Assembly (NCBI RefSeq): GCF_963921235.1 | Contig: NC_086108.1 | Span: 55,926,001 to 55,990,000 of the forward strand | From: Mobula hypostoma | Taxonomy: Eukaryota | Direction of reading: 5' to 3' | DNA length: 64,000 bases | Shown here: piece by piece, positions 37,052 through 49,783 of the stretch | Layout of the letters: the number at the start of each line of letters is the position of its first letter | Numbering within the stretch: position 1 is the stretch's first letter | Translations under genes and position numbers: made by a program | Notes under the pieces: model-generated | Databases searched by the model: none | What the model was told of the DNA's origin: nothing | What the model saw: only the letters and a program-made list of their open reading frames with translations

Positions 37052-39300
37052 TAGAACATAGAACAGTATAGCACAGGGGAGGAGCTTCTGCCCATGATGA
37101 TATTCTGAACTAATTTGACCAGTGACTCTTAATTAATCTGACCCCCCCCCCACCTTCCCATACATTGACTTTACCCCTCCCTTCTCTACATTTTCACGTG
37201 TCTGTAGGAATTTTTCAGCCCTCCTTTGCTATCTGTGACTATCACCTCCCCAGCAGTTCATTACAGGCTCACAGCACTCTGTAATAAAAATAACTTGCCT
37301 CACACATCTTCTTTACACTTTCCTCTCTCACATTAAATACACGGAGAAAAAGATACTGGCTGTCTTGCCTTCTATCAAATCTTCCCTCGGCTTCTGCTGC
37401 TCAGGAGAAAACAGCCTCAACTCGCCCAACTTCTCATAGCATGTGTCCTCCAGACTAGACAGCACCCTGATAAACCTCCTCCACATCCTCCCTATAATGT
37501 GGCAACCAGCAATGAATGCACTAGTCTAATTGTAACCTAATCAGAGCCTTACAAAGCTGTAACAACCTCTTGGCTCGTGAACGCAGTGCCTCAACTAATA
37601 ACAACAAGCATGCCAACCTATCAACCTGCATGACCACTTTTAAGGAGCTACTTACCTGGACTCCAAGATCATTCTGTTCATCAGTGCTGGTAATGATCCT
37701 GCCATAAACCGTGTACTTTCTCTTTATGCTAGCTCTCCAAAAGTGAAGCCCCTCACATTTAATAATAATTATAGTAATAAGAATAACTTATTTATAAAGC
37801 ACTTTTCAAGCAAACAATGTAGTTCAAAGTGCTTTACAATGGGATAAAATGTAAACATAAAAATAAAAGACAAAATGATGTTAGTTAAAAACAATGTTAA
37901 ATGAATAGGCTTTGAATTGCCATTTGTAAGTGTCAACTGAGTCTGCATCCCTTATAGCTTTAGATATTGAGTTCCACAGTTTAGGAGCATAGTTCTAAAA
38001 AGCTGACTTGTCAATTCTCTTTTCAGGAAAATTGTTTAAATTTAAGAAACTGGCAGAGAAGATCTGAGAGCTTGAGCAGGGTTATTAAATAAAAACAATT
38101 CTGTGATGTACTCTGGTCCCAGACCATTCAGAGCTTAAAAAACAACCATGAGAACTTTAAAATCAATTCTAAAAGATACAGGAAGCCAATACAGAGTAGT
38201 TGGGATGGGAGTGTAATGCTTCCTCATCCTGGTTTTAGTTAAGAATCTAGCAGCAGCATTCTAAATGAGTTGAAGATTGCCAATAGATTGCTTTGGAAGG
38301 CCAATTAAAAATGCATTGCAGTAATCTAGTCCAGATTAAATGCATTTGCCACTTTTACAGCCATGTCTGCAACTAGTCTATATCCTGCTGTGTCCTTGGG
38401 CAAACCGCTATGCAATCGACAAAGCAACAAATATTTGTCATCTGCAAACCTTCTCACCTACCTTACCACATTTTCATACAATATATATGCCAAACAACAG
38501 CGTTCCCAGATTCACGTGGAACACCACTCATCACAGATCTCCATCCAGAATAAGACCCATCGATTACTACCCTTTGACTTCCATGGCCAAGCCAACTCTT
38601 GATCTAGTTCACCAAGTCACCATGTATCCCATGCATCCTAATTTTCTGGAAGAGCAGAACCTTGTCAAGTACCTTAATAATATCCAGGTATGCAACATCT
38701 ACTGCCCAAACTTCGTCAATCACCTCATCACTAAACACAAGTTCCTTCCTTTATCTTTGAGCAATCCTACCCCCTTCCTGGTTATCCTCTTGATCATGAC
38801 ATATGTGTAAAATGTCTTCTGATTCTCTTAAATCTTACGCAGTAAGAACTTTTCATCAACCCGTCTAGATCCTAAAATTCCTTCTCAAGTTTGCATCTGG
38901 CTCCTTTATAGATCTCAAGCAGCCTGTTCAATTCAAGCTTCTTAAGGCTTACATATGCTTCCTCTTTCTTGACTGAATTAACTGCCTCCTTCATCATCCA
39001 AGGTCCATGCACCTTCCCATCCCTGTCTTTCCTTTTCACTGGAACAAACTGGTTCTGAACTCTGCACAGCTGGTCTTGAAACAACCTCCATAGGTCAGAT
39101 ATGGAATTGCCTGAAAACAAGTCTTCCCAGTTAACTCGCCCTGGCTCCCATCTGATCCCCTCACTATTTGCCCTCCCCCAGTTTAATTCTTTCCTGCAAG
39201 GTCCACTCTTATCCTTATTCATAGCCATCTTAAAGTTTAGAGTTGTGATAATTGTTTCCCAAGTGTTCACCAACTGTAAGATCAGTCACCTGGCCATGCT
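37052..39300 (-). mobile_element. Old CR1 LINE interrupted by an L2
   Basis: Tail TAGAACATAGAACAG on the + strand; LNFKMAMNKD...LNWGRAN...VNWEDLF linker (38872-39273). Confidence 0.75.
37760..38335 (-). mobile_element. L2-clade LINE 3' fragment
   Basis: Minus strand LDYCNAF...NAAARFLTKT...LYWLPVSFRIDFKVL; 3' stem-loop AAAGCACTTT...AAAGTGCTTT and (TTA)n tail. Confidence 0.85.
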
Positions 39301-39414
39301 TAAACGCCAGTAGAAGATCCAGTCTAACCTTCCCTCAGCTGGACTATCCACAAATCCTCTTGGACACAGCAAACAAATTCTGCCCCATTTATCGCGGAAT
39401 TTGAAATTACGCAC

Positions 39415-40775
39415 AGTGATAGGCAGCTGTCAATTTGAGGGGAGCATGGGTTTGCGCCTCTGCTGGACTGGGATAAGCAGCATCTGCTGTGACTGTGGAG
39501 TCCAGTGCAGGAGTGACAGTCCTTGTCACACTGTGCACAGCAGGCCGCTGAGGCAGTTCTGATGTCTTGGACAGTTTGGGCACCTAGCTTTCGGTGGGCT
39601 CTCTTTTCCTCTGCTTGCTGCATCAGAGTGGTCTCATACCTCAAGAGATCCTTTTCCACCTCCTGCTTCCAGGCACACCTGCCTGAGGCGAGTCACCGCC
39701 ATGTGTTGGCGCTAATACCACGGGCCGTGAGGTCGCGCTTACAGGTGTCCTTGTAGCGCAGCTGGGGTCTTGCTGTTGCCTCTTTCCAGACTCCAGCTCC
39801 CCAAAGAGAAGGTCCTTTGGTATGTGCCCATCTGCCACTCGCAAGATGTGGCCTGGCCAGCGCGTACGCCTCTGTTTGAGGAAGGTGAACGTGGAGGTGG
39901 TGCCTGCTCTCTCGAGCATTGTGTTGTTGGTAACTTTGTCTTCCCAGGTGATACCAAGCATGCGTCTGAGGCAGCGCATGTGGAAAGCATTGAGTTGCTG
40001 CTCTTGTTTTGTGCGCAGGGTCCAAGTTTCACTGGTGTAGAGCAAGGTGCTCAGCACACAGACTGTGTACTCCTGGACTTTGGTATTCATGGCCCAGATT
40101 CTCTTAGTCAACCTTGAAAAGGTTGTGGCTGCTTTTCCGATGTGTTTGTTGATCTCACTTTCGAGTGACTGGTTATCCGAGATCGTGGAGCCCAAGTATG
40201 TGAATTCATGGACAACTTCCAGCTCAGAGTCTACAATGGTAACGGATGGCTTGTTGTTAATGTTTTGCCCCATCACCTGTACCTTCTTCAGGCTAATAGT
40301 CAGGCCAAACTCTCTGCAGGCTTCCCCAAAACAGGTCATAAGATGTTGTAGCTCCCGTTGTGAGTGAGTTGCAACAGCAGCATCATCGACAAGCAGGAAG
40401 TCTCTGAGGAGCCTTCTCTGCTTTGGTCCACGCTCTGAGTCTCGACAGTCTGAGCAGGTTTCCATCTGATCAGGAACAAAGATAAACGCCCTCAGTGGCC
40501 TCCCCAAAGGTGGACTTGAGCAGGACTGCAAAGAAGATGCCGAACAGCATCAGAACGAGGACATGCCCCTGTTTTACCCGCTGAGGATGTTAAAGGACTC
40601 TGATGTGGAGCAGTCGAATACTATGGTCCCCTTCATGTCGTCATGAAATGACCAGATGATACTGAGTAGGATTGAGAGGCAGCTAATCTTGGCAAGGATC
40701 TCAAAGAGGCCATTTCTGCTCACAAGGTCGAATGCCTTAGAAGGTTGATGAAGGCGATGTAGGGTGGTTTCTGCT
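39415..40775 (-). mobile_element. RTE-clade LINE, 5'-truncated, frameshifted RT and C-terminal C2H2-like motif
   Basis: RDFLLVDDAA, FGLTISLKK, FTYLGSTIS, LLYTSETW, AFHMRCLRR and CAQCDKDCHSCTGLHSH motifs. Confidence 0.92.
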
Positions 40776-40794
40776 GTGATAACCCTGTTATATC

Positions 40795-41238
40795 AGAAAT
40801 TCTAGCAAATTTCTAGAGGTACCATAGAGAGCATTCTGACTGGTATGGAGGTTCCAATGCACAGAATCAGAAAAAGCTGCGAGGGTTGTAGACCTTGCCA
40901 GCTCTATCATAGGCACTAACTTCCCCACCATAGATGACATCTGTAAAAGACAGCATCCTTCATTAAAGAGCCTCACCATCCAGGACATGCACCCTTCTAA
41001 TTTCTACCATCAGGGATGAAGTACAAAAGCCTGAAGGTGCACACTCAATGTTTTAGATTCCTGGATGGTCCATGCATCCATGAATATTACCCCACTATGC
41101 TGCACTCTTTTTGCATTATTTATTTATATATATTTCTTGCAGTAATGTATCGTATTTTTAAAGAATGTACTGCAGGTGCTGCTGCCGCAAAACAACAAAT
41201 TAGAGAACATGCGTCAATAATAAACCTGATTCTGATTC
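40795..41238 (+). mobile_element. Rex1-like 3' fragment
   Basis: F.RGTIESILT and HHPGH motifs; AATAAACCTGATTCTGATTCT tail. Confidence 0.75.
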
Positions 41239-41244
41239 TACAAA

Positions 41245-41372
41245 AGGCAACAAAAATACAGATGCTGTAAATCTGAAATAAACACAGAAAATGCAGGCAA
41301 CTCTCGGCATGTCAGGCAGCATCTGTGGAAAGATAAGCCAAGCTATCATTTCAGATGAATGACCTTTAACAG
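41245..41372 (-). mobile_element. PLE terminal fragment, degenerate
   Basis: CAGATGCTG..AATCTGAAA...AACTCTCGGCATGTCAGGCAGCATCTGTGGA, homologous to the other PLE termini. Confidence 0.7.
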
Positions 41373-41524
41373 TCAGAACCTTGTCAGTCCCATACATTGC
41401 TTATCACTTACACTCTTCTGCTAGGATCAGAATATAATGTATTTTCACTAATGAACCCTGAAATTATATGTATACACAACACCTTCCTTTTACCTCCAAC
41501 ATATAAATATTCTTTCAATGTATG

Positions 41525-42083
41525 TGTAATGGCCCCTCTGCAATGTTTCACTGCTAATGTAATGGTTTCTCTGTAGCAGCAATATTTGGGCTATGACTAG
41601 AGATAACAGAGCTTTGGAATATATGTTATCGAATGGGAGAAATGTTGTTCTTTCTTGTGAGTCTGGAAACGAGATTTTTGCGGTCTTTTGTCAGCTCGAG
41701 GAAAAGGAAGATGCGTGTGGAGAGAACTGGTAGACCACCGGATGGAGTGGTCCGGGAGTGAGGGTCCGAAGGTTGGCGATGCTCGGAGGAGGTCAATGGT
41801 TGATGCATAGCCATAGCAGTGAGCTCCAACGTGCACTTCTGACTTTTTCCTTAAAATGGTCCCTTTTACTTTTTATTTTCTTTACTAACCCTCTATTCAG
41901 ATTAAGGTTCATAAATTTCAGTCACTTAATTGCGTATGGTGCACTGTCTGATATTTTGCGGTGCGGATTTGTAACCGGGTAACACATCATGCAGCATCCA
42001 CACAAATGAGATTTCTCAGTTTGGCGGGGCCAGAAGTTGTTTTCCCCTAGATTAACATGTGCTGCCTGAGCATGAGGATTACA
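41525..42083 (+). mobile_element. Solo LTR (559 bp)
   Basis: Terminal inverted repeats TGTAAT...ATTACA and exact 4-bp TSD TATG (41521-41524 / 42084-42087). Confidence 0.85.
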
Positions 42084-42158
42084 TATGTGAATATGCAAAT
42101 TTGTGTATGGAAGATCTAGACTTTGATCTGTTCATTCAACATGGCATTATATCAACAC

Positions 42159-42419
42159 TGTTGTGTATTTAATATTTCAGTAATATTTGAATAATCTTGT
42201 GTGTGTGTGTGTATATATATGTATGTTAATTATGCATTCTTATTCATTTAAATAATTCATTACGAGTTATATGTGTAAATACATGTCAGATATGTCATGA
42301 CACTACATCATGATCTGTGCACACTTCGCTTAAAGTAAACACAAAGTTAGATCCACGTTCCCAGACTTCAAAGTCATCCTTTGAATTAATTTAAAGTTTT
42401 GAAGTTACAAAACATTACA
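42159..42419 (+). mobile_element. Solo LTR related to the Gypsy at 24630-28484
   Basis: TG...CA termini. The end GAAGTTACAAAACATTACA matches the LTR end at ~28470-28484. Flanks AACAC/AATAC are an imperfect 5-bp TSD. Confidence 0.7.
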
Positions 42420-42574
42420 AATACTATGTTATATAAACAGATCAAAGTCGAGGCAGTTTTAGCACACCGAGGAAGGAATAAGGTGCACTGACTAGGGGGC
42501 AGGTGGAGATTTTAATCCTGAATACTGTCTTGGCTTGCAGTTACCCAAGAAATGTGACTGGATTCCAGATAAAC

Positions 42575-42792
42575 AAGAGACTAGGGGAATTCAGTGAGTC
42601 AGGCAGCATCTGTGGAGAGTAATGGACAGCTGACGTTTTGGATTGAGACCCTTCATTAGCCCTGATAAAGAGTCTCAGTCCAAAACGTGAACTATCCATT
42701 TCCCTCCACGGATGCTGCCTGGCCTTCTGAGCTTCTCTAGCACTTTGTTTGTTGCTCCATATGTCCGCACCTGCAGCCCCTTTTGTCTCCAT
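42575..42792. mobile_element. Older palindromic PLE-terminus insertion
   Basis: CAGGCAGCATCTGTGGAG...ACGTTTTGGATTGAGACCCTTCATTAG C CCTGATAAAGAGTCTCAGTCCAAAACGT...CTCCACGGATGCTGCCTG, centred at ~42660. Confidence 0.85.
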
Positions 42793-44974
42793 GCTGGGCA
42801 TAGTTGGGACAGCTGTACTGTAGCATTGCTGGCAATTGCTGTCATTGTTTATACATAAAGTATTACCTCAGGAGAGATATGGATGACCTGACAATAATCA
42901 TGGAATTTCACTCAATGGGGGTCGATAGCTGGGAATGAAATGTAACCCATGTATAATCTTTAATATAAGTAAAGGTTTAAAGAAATTGGAAAGTTATGAA
43001 CAAGAGATAAATAGAACTGTTTACTAAAACCATACTTTAAAAGGACATGTCTTTGACAAATCAATTTATTTTACGGCTTTGCCAAGTAAAATTGATTCAC
43101 CTTGGGTCAAAGTACATAATATCATTCTGGCTGTTCTTCATCTCCAGACATTAGGATGTTATCAATGATCAAAGTATCCATAACATTTTTAGGGCACTGG
43201 TAACCAAACAGCAGAACAATAAAAGTATTTTTTTTTCTTAGACTACTTGATTTGAGAAAATAGAGCAATTTGAATGTAAAATTGGCTTAAGTTCACTATG
43301 GCTGATTCGTATTTAAGCTATTTTTTTTTTCTAGAGCTGCGAAAAGTGCCTATATTTAACGAGAACCAACACTTATTTCCTCCTCCATGTCTGTCTTCAC
43401 CAAGAGGTGACTCCTGAAGCAGAGAAAGTCGTTCATGTTTTCAGTGATCTGGACATGAACCTTTACTGTCAGGGGATAATGTAGAAGGTTGTAGATGCTG
43501 TGTGAAATGCATATTTTGACTTATTGTTTGCCAAGTGAGTTAACATTGTTTTTGAGCTCAGCCTCTGAATGTAAATAAAGAAAGCATTATAGATATATTG
43601 CACTTTGACTAGTGGCATTCAGGTGAATTAGTTTCTGGAGTTCAGTCCTGGAGTGTCTGTTGGTAGTGGGTTGTAATATTGCAATTTTAAAAATTGAGGA
43701 AAATATTCAGGCATTATACAATCTGTTTAACCCCAGAGATAACTGTGTCAGACAACAGAGAGATACCATTTATTTAATCCAGTTGAAGTTGACTTCTTTC
43801 TTGAAGATGGTCATGTTTAGAGCATCCCAGAAGTACCCTGGCATGGCCTCCTCTTCCCAGTTATTGAGGATGAGATTTGAGACAGAAGATTTTCATCCTG
43901 ATTTCAGTGGGAAGACTATCTGCTCTCTCGACTTTTTGCTTGTCAGGAGTGACAGCAAGACTGGCCTGAACGGGCTGCTGTACATGTAGTCTGGGGGGGC
44001 TGACATCAAGGACAGAGTCACAGTTGAGAAGGTCTTCCAGTGGGAATTGACTGACTCTCCATCCCTGATTAGACACCATATGTAAAACTGCCTTAGACAT
44101 TGTGAATTGGGCAATGTGAAAATGGGGTGGGGGGGGGCTATTCATTTTCAGTTAATCATTTAATTTTGAGAGCCAGATTGTAGATATTGCTCTAGATGTG
44201 TTGGTTGTTATTTACTGCGTGCAGGTGCCAGTCCTCCCAACTGGTTTCTAGATTGATTTCCAATAATTAAGGTTAGACTAGTGATTTTGTTGGTTTTCTC
44301 TAATTTTAGAATTGTACTTCCGTGCCTTCAGTCTGCTGGAACCGTGCGGAATACCATCAATATAACTCATTATTAACCTTCTCTCTTGTCTACCTTGTTC
44401 ACAATGATTGTTACTCATTCTCATTGAGGTGTTCACCGTTTTGAAGTCATTCAGCATAAGGGGGATGGCAATTGGAAATCAGTTCCTTTTTCCCCAGAAA
44501 GGCAATGCACAGTATTGTTTCTGTTCATGAAATGTGGAAGGCTTTGTTTTAGCTTGATTTCTTGTACCCAGGCATCCAGACTTCCACCAGAGGTCACCAG
44601 TTAACTCCTGGGGAAATATTGTTTCCTTTCCTAAATATAAGAAACATGGTGAGCAGCCCTAGGGAGACTAGTAATTAGAACAATCTGCAGATCAAAATTA
44701 AATCATAATCTAAATTAAAACTTGCCACCTCAGGATGTTTACCATAGTAAGTAATCTATGTGCAGTAGCTATTCAAACTTCTTTTTATCGGAAGTACTTA
44801 TAGTACATAAGTACAGCTACTAAGACATGTTCTAGTAGCTCTGCTTGCTTCAAACAAAATACTCTCTATTCCTTTTTGTGGGCTTTTGGTGATGCATGTT
44901 ATAAAATAATTTTGAGCTCCTTGCAATATGGTTGTCCTTGATCCTAGCAACATTGTCTGAATGGGAAATTGGTC

Positions 44975-45502
44975 AGATCCCACTTGGAGTACTGTGTTCA
45001 CTGCTGGTCACCACAATACGGGAAGGATGTGGATACTATGGAAAGAGTGAAGAGGAGATTTACAAGGATGTTGCCTGGATTGGTTGAGTGAACTTGCCCT
45101 TTTCTCCTTAGAGCGACGGAGGATGAGAGGTAACCTGATAGAGGTGTATAAGATGATGAGAGGCATTGATTGTGTGGCTAGCCAGAAGCTTTTTCCCAGG
45201 ACTGAAATGGATAACACAAGGGGACATAGTTTTAAGGTGCTTGGAAGTAGGTACAGAACGGATGACTTTTTTCACACAGAGATTGGAGGGTGTGTGGAAT
45301 GCACTGCCAGCAACAATGGTAGAGGCGGATACAATAGGGTCTTTTAAGAGACTCTTCGATAAGTACATGGAGCTTAGAAAAACGGAGGGCTATGCTGTAG
45401 GGTAATCCTAGGCAGTTTCTAGAGTAGGTTACATGGTCGGCACAACATTATGGGCCAAAGGGCCTGTAATGTGCTGTAGATTTCTATGTTCTATATTCTA
45501 TG
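44975..45502 (+). mobile_element. CR1 3' fragment
   Basis: HLEYCVH.WSP, LFSLERRRMRGNLIEVYK and TRGHSFK motifs; (TTCTAT)n tail. Confidence 0.9.
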
Positions 45503-45756
45503 GTATGCTTGGTGCTTACAATTGTATTTTCATGAGAACATTCCCTTTTTTTTAGGGATTTCAGTATTCAATGTATACAGAGTCCATGCTCCTAGTGCTT
45601 CAACAAATTAAATACTGATGACAACTATACAGTAAATCCTTTGGATAGGAGGACAGTTCTCTTCAAGAGCAGCAAATTCTGCTTTATACATTTCTTTCTT
45701 TGAGTTTTTTTCATTTTAATCATGCATTTGCCTGGCAATGCCACATTATATATTAC

Positions 45757-45838
45757 AGCAACACACACAAAATGCTGGAGGAACTCAGCAGGCCAGGCGG
45801 CATCGATGGAGAAAAGTACAGTCGACGTTTCGGGCCCT
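45757..45838 (-). mobile_element. PLE terminal fragment retaining the 3' half of the hammerhead
   Basis: Minus strand GGGCCCGAAACGTCGACTGT...GATGCCGCCTGGCCTGCTGAGTTCCTCCAGCATTTTGTG. Confidence 0.8.
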
Positions 45839-46974
45839 TGTAGCTCTTGTTTTGTCTGCACACTTGCTTACTGATGTCACAATGTTACTTATAGCTCCAT
45901 TATCTACCTAGAACTTTGCTTTTCTTCCTTCTTATATTTCCCATTGTGTTTCCAAGATCTCTGGGTTGAGTATCTGGCCTGCTCTATTCTACTCAGTGTT
46001 CTATTTCTTTAGTGAGTTCGGTGTAGTTGTGGTCTCCTTCAGAAATCTTATATAAAGTTTTATCAGCTTGTTTGACCCTGTTAACTAGCCTTGCCCCTTT
46101 ATTGTTACTCCTCTTGCAACAAATCTTCACTCTACCTTTTGTAGTTGTGACATTTCTTCCTAATAGCTAGCAATTTGTCTTCTGCCATTTCTTTTCTTTC
46201 ACAACTGATACTGTTTGCCATAACACTGGCATATCTCAAACCCGTACTGCTCTTTCTCTCTGTGATTGCATGGAAAGAGCTAGGCTTTGTGCCATCCAGC
46301 TCATCGATTCTGCCTTTGGACGGGTCTGCAGTATTGAACACACTTTGCCAGGAGTAAGTTTGTTTCTCTCAACAGATGCTTCTCACTCAAGCGTCTGATT
46401 GCCTTGTTCTTTCCAAACAGAATTATAAGTGGAACTCTGGGCATCTGAAATCAAATTTCCAACCAGCAATGTCGGTCTACCCATTCACCCGACATTTTTA
46501 AAATGTTTGAATCTGCCCACCATCTTATAGCATTGGAGGGTTGAAATGATTTTTCAAAGTCCTTTAAAACAACTGAGAGCAACTTAGTAGTAGGCATGAA
46601 TACTTATTAGAGAGCTCAGTCTCAGTGACCAACCTGTTACAACAGCATCTTCATTTTCCTTTCACTTTATTAGTCATTTTCAGCTTTATGTATAGGAGAG
46701 AATTTGCTTCCATAGATTGGCGGTTTGCTAGCCTCGAGCAGAATTGCTCTAGTCTGTCAGTGGTGTACCATCAAATGGAAGCAAGCCAAGTCTGGCAATT
46801 CCAATTAAACAGCCACTCATGGATCAGGTAATAGTTCAACCAGGCTATTCCTATCCAGTACCAAGTTACACGGCGATTGATATTCTGGCCAGAGGGTGAG
46901 TGCAACCATACATCGTCTTTCCTGAAAAGCAGGTCAGTGAGCCATGTAAAACCACTTAAAAGATGTTATAATAT

Positions 46975-49783
46975 TGTGGCATTCTGAAGGCGTCGACAGC
47001 TTCCCCAGCATTCCTGGTGGCCAACTTGTGTGTTTGTGGGTCACCCTGACTGTAAGTGGGGTGTGTGATAATCACCTCTCCGGTCTGTATGTGACTGGGC
47101 TGGTTCTCACTGAGCGATGGCGCTCTGTCTGTTATTGTGCTTGTCGCAATAAAACCAGCAATTGAGATAAACGAGCTCTACTCTTCTGTCATCATGGTCT
47201 GAAAGCTCACCACATTGGTGTCGGGAGTGGGATTAGAAATTGACAGCAAGGTTGAAGAGCTACAATGTTGGATGAAGCGCCTCAAATCCAGGGAATGTCA
47301 AGCAGTTTGCTTCCCCCACACCCCGAGGCTAGGCTCCCGAAGACGGGGTGCCGACCCGGAGGGAGAACTTGGGAACCGAGCTTTGTGCCTTCCCAATGCG
47401 ACAGGCGTACCCAGGGTACAGCGCGGAACGCATCACCTGCTACCCTTGCGGCCTGCACCAGGGAACCCAAGACGCCATAGCCATGGGAGGACGGACAAAG
47501 CGGCAGGCACCACCCATGCCGCCAGAGAAGGACCAACGAGCCCCAGCAATTAACATCGCAAAGTCCTCCCTGAAGCTCCCAGAACACACAATCGTACCAG
47601 CTGCCTGGAGCCTTACCAGGCGTAAGTCAAACTTGCCACATGGCACAACGGATGGAGCCCTACGGAGACGGTGGTGAATCTTTCCCTGGCACTGGAGGCT
47701 GATGCCCTGTGGGCCCTCCTCGACATAATGCATTTTCGGAAGATCTCTGCCATTATGCTCAGTATGGCTACCCGCCCTCCCCCAACACTAAAGGCACTGA
47801 TGCCAGAGCACCCTCACCTGACATCACCATCATTGCTGTCATTGCTGGCTAAGGTGCTGGCTGAGGCAGAGAGGGCAGAAGCAATTTTAACCCGCCAAGG
47901 CGTTCCAGCATCGCCACCCCACGCCACCTGGCTGGGCTTGTGTCACTGAGTCAGAGGTGGAGAAGCCAATGAGACAGGTCCGACCAGCTCCGTGACGGGC
48001 CCCTACTACCAGTGTGGCAAGGCAGGCCATGTGGCCTAGGACTGCCCCACACCAGCACCACACCACAACCCAGCGCAACCATCGGGAAACGCCAAGAGGG
48101 TGGCACTGGCTGAAACCTCTAGCAGAGTCCCTTCATTGTCAACTCTCCAGGTGGGGCATTTGGATGGAGAGCAAGGTTTATACATGGACTGCATGGAGGA
48201 GAGCACAGATGCTGTGTGTTGGTGGGGTCAACAATCACCGCCATCCATCTGGGTGTCCTCCCCAACACGGACCAGCCACCCCCCACCTGGGTGGACAACA
48301 ATGGCAATCCAGCTGGCTACTGTCACCGGCGACTGTGCGGCAATGAGAGGGAAGATGAGGCGGCACATCACAGTGGGGAGAAGCACAGTGGAGCACGAGC
48401 TGTGGCTGGCCGACATCCAGGAGTCCTGCATCATTGGCCTGTTGGGGGCCCATGTGGATGTGCTGGTGGCAACATTCTACCTCGGCGCTGAAACTGTGGC
48501 TCTCTGGCGGGGCGGCTCCAGGAAGTGGACTAGGCGGGCACGGCAACGACTATCACCGGTCCTACAGCGGCCCACCGCGGTGCAGCACGCTGCGCAGTGG
48601 CCCAGTGCAACACTGTGGGAGCAGGGGCAAGCGGTGGGTGGTGGTACCTCAGGTGGCAGCCAGTGGTGAGGTAAACCTCCCCACCATTGACCACCAGCAG
48701 CTGCGCAGCAAGCAGGAGACTGATCCCCTGCTGGCTTGGATGAGGGGATGGCTGAGTGTGGGATGGCGGGCCAAAGTGCGCAGAGGTCTCCGCCCTGGAT
48801 CCAGTGGGGTGCACTGGAGGTGCGCAACGGGTGGTTGTTCCAGTGGTGACAGTCTCCTGACAGTGACAGGCATCTCCTGGAGCTGGTCGGCCCCAGAGGC
48901 TCTACGCTGCGTAGCTGCGGTCAGTGAAAGGGCTGGTGGGGGCCAGCCATTTCGGGGTCGCAAAGACGTTGGGCAAGCTGGGCAAACGCTTCTATCGGCC
49001 TGGGTACAGGCAGGATGTGGAGCTATTCATGCACTGCTTGTGACGCTTGCACGGAGGGGGCCAGGGCACCAATGCAGCAGTATGGGTCTACTGCCCTACC
49101 AGCAGAAGGGACTGTCTGCAAGGGGCCAGAAGAAGTGCTCAGTCGCATCTCCAAGGTGGTCTCATGGATGCGGTTGCCCGAGCGGCAGAAGGCAGTCAGG
49201 CTGCACTGAGACCCGCAGGCACCATATTGACCCTTGGCCACCCCCAACCCAGCAAGGCTGAAGGGAGGAAGTGACACTCCAGATGTCCTGCCAATTGCCT
49301 CACCAAACAGTGCCTCCCCTGGGGTGGGGCACAGACATCCCCCAGCGCCCCAAGGCAGTGGTGTCAACCACCACTGGGATTTTGGGACTTTGTTGTGGAC
49401 ACTGCAGTTGCCGAGGATGGCTGAGCCATCCGGTGGGGAAGTGTAGCGCTCCTGGGGTGTGGTCAACAGCTGACCCCAGCATTCCTGGTGACCAGCGCTA
49501 CTTATTGTTCTTGTTTTCAAATGTGTCTAGGGAATTATGGTGAATTGTACAAGTTAATTTATTTTTACATTTTAGCTTGGGTTATACAGCTGTTCGCTTG
49601 TGTGTTTGTGGGTCACCCTCACGAAACTGGCGTGTGTAATAATCACTTCTCTATCTGTACATGACTGAGTGAGTTCTCACCTAGTGATGGTGTTCTGAGT
49701 GCTATTGTGCTTGTCACAATAAAACCAGCAGTTGAGATAAATTAGATCCTCTCGTCTGTCATCATGGACTGAATGCTTGCCCG
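46975..49783 (+). mobile_element. Two-LTR Gypsy element, internally deleted (no RT/RNaseH seen)
   Basis: 5' LTR 46975-47214, 3' LTR 49442-49783, TSD ATAT. PBS TGGTGTCGGGAGTGGGAT at 47216; purine-rich PPT before 49442. gag WHNGWSPTETVVNLSLALE, knuckle QCGKAGHVA*DC, protease remnant WLADIQESCIIGL, integrase zinc-finger remnant HFGVAKTLGKLGKRFYRPG..CDAC. Confidence 0.9.
47216..47233 (+). promoter_or_regulatory. Primer-binding site complementary to tRNA-Leu 3' end
   Basis: TGGTGTCGGGAGTGGGAT begins 1 nt after the LTR-terminal CA and differs by one base from the complement of vertebrate tRNA-Leu(CAG) as I recall it. Confidence 0.75.

Noticed and set aside
47215..49543. Dense cluster of overlapping ORFs suggesting an operon or novel gene
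   Set aside because: High GC lowers stop frequency. The region lies between two LTRs and contains broken gag/pol motifs.
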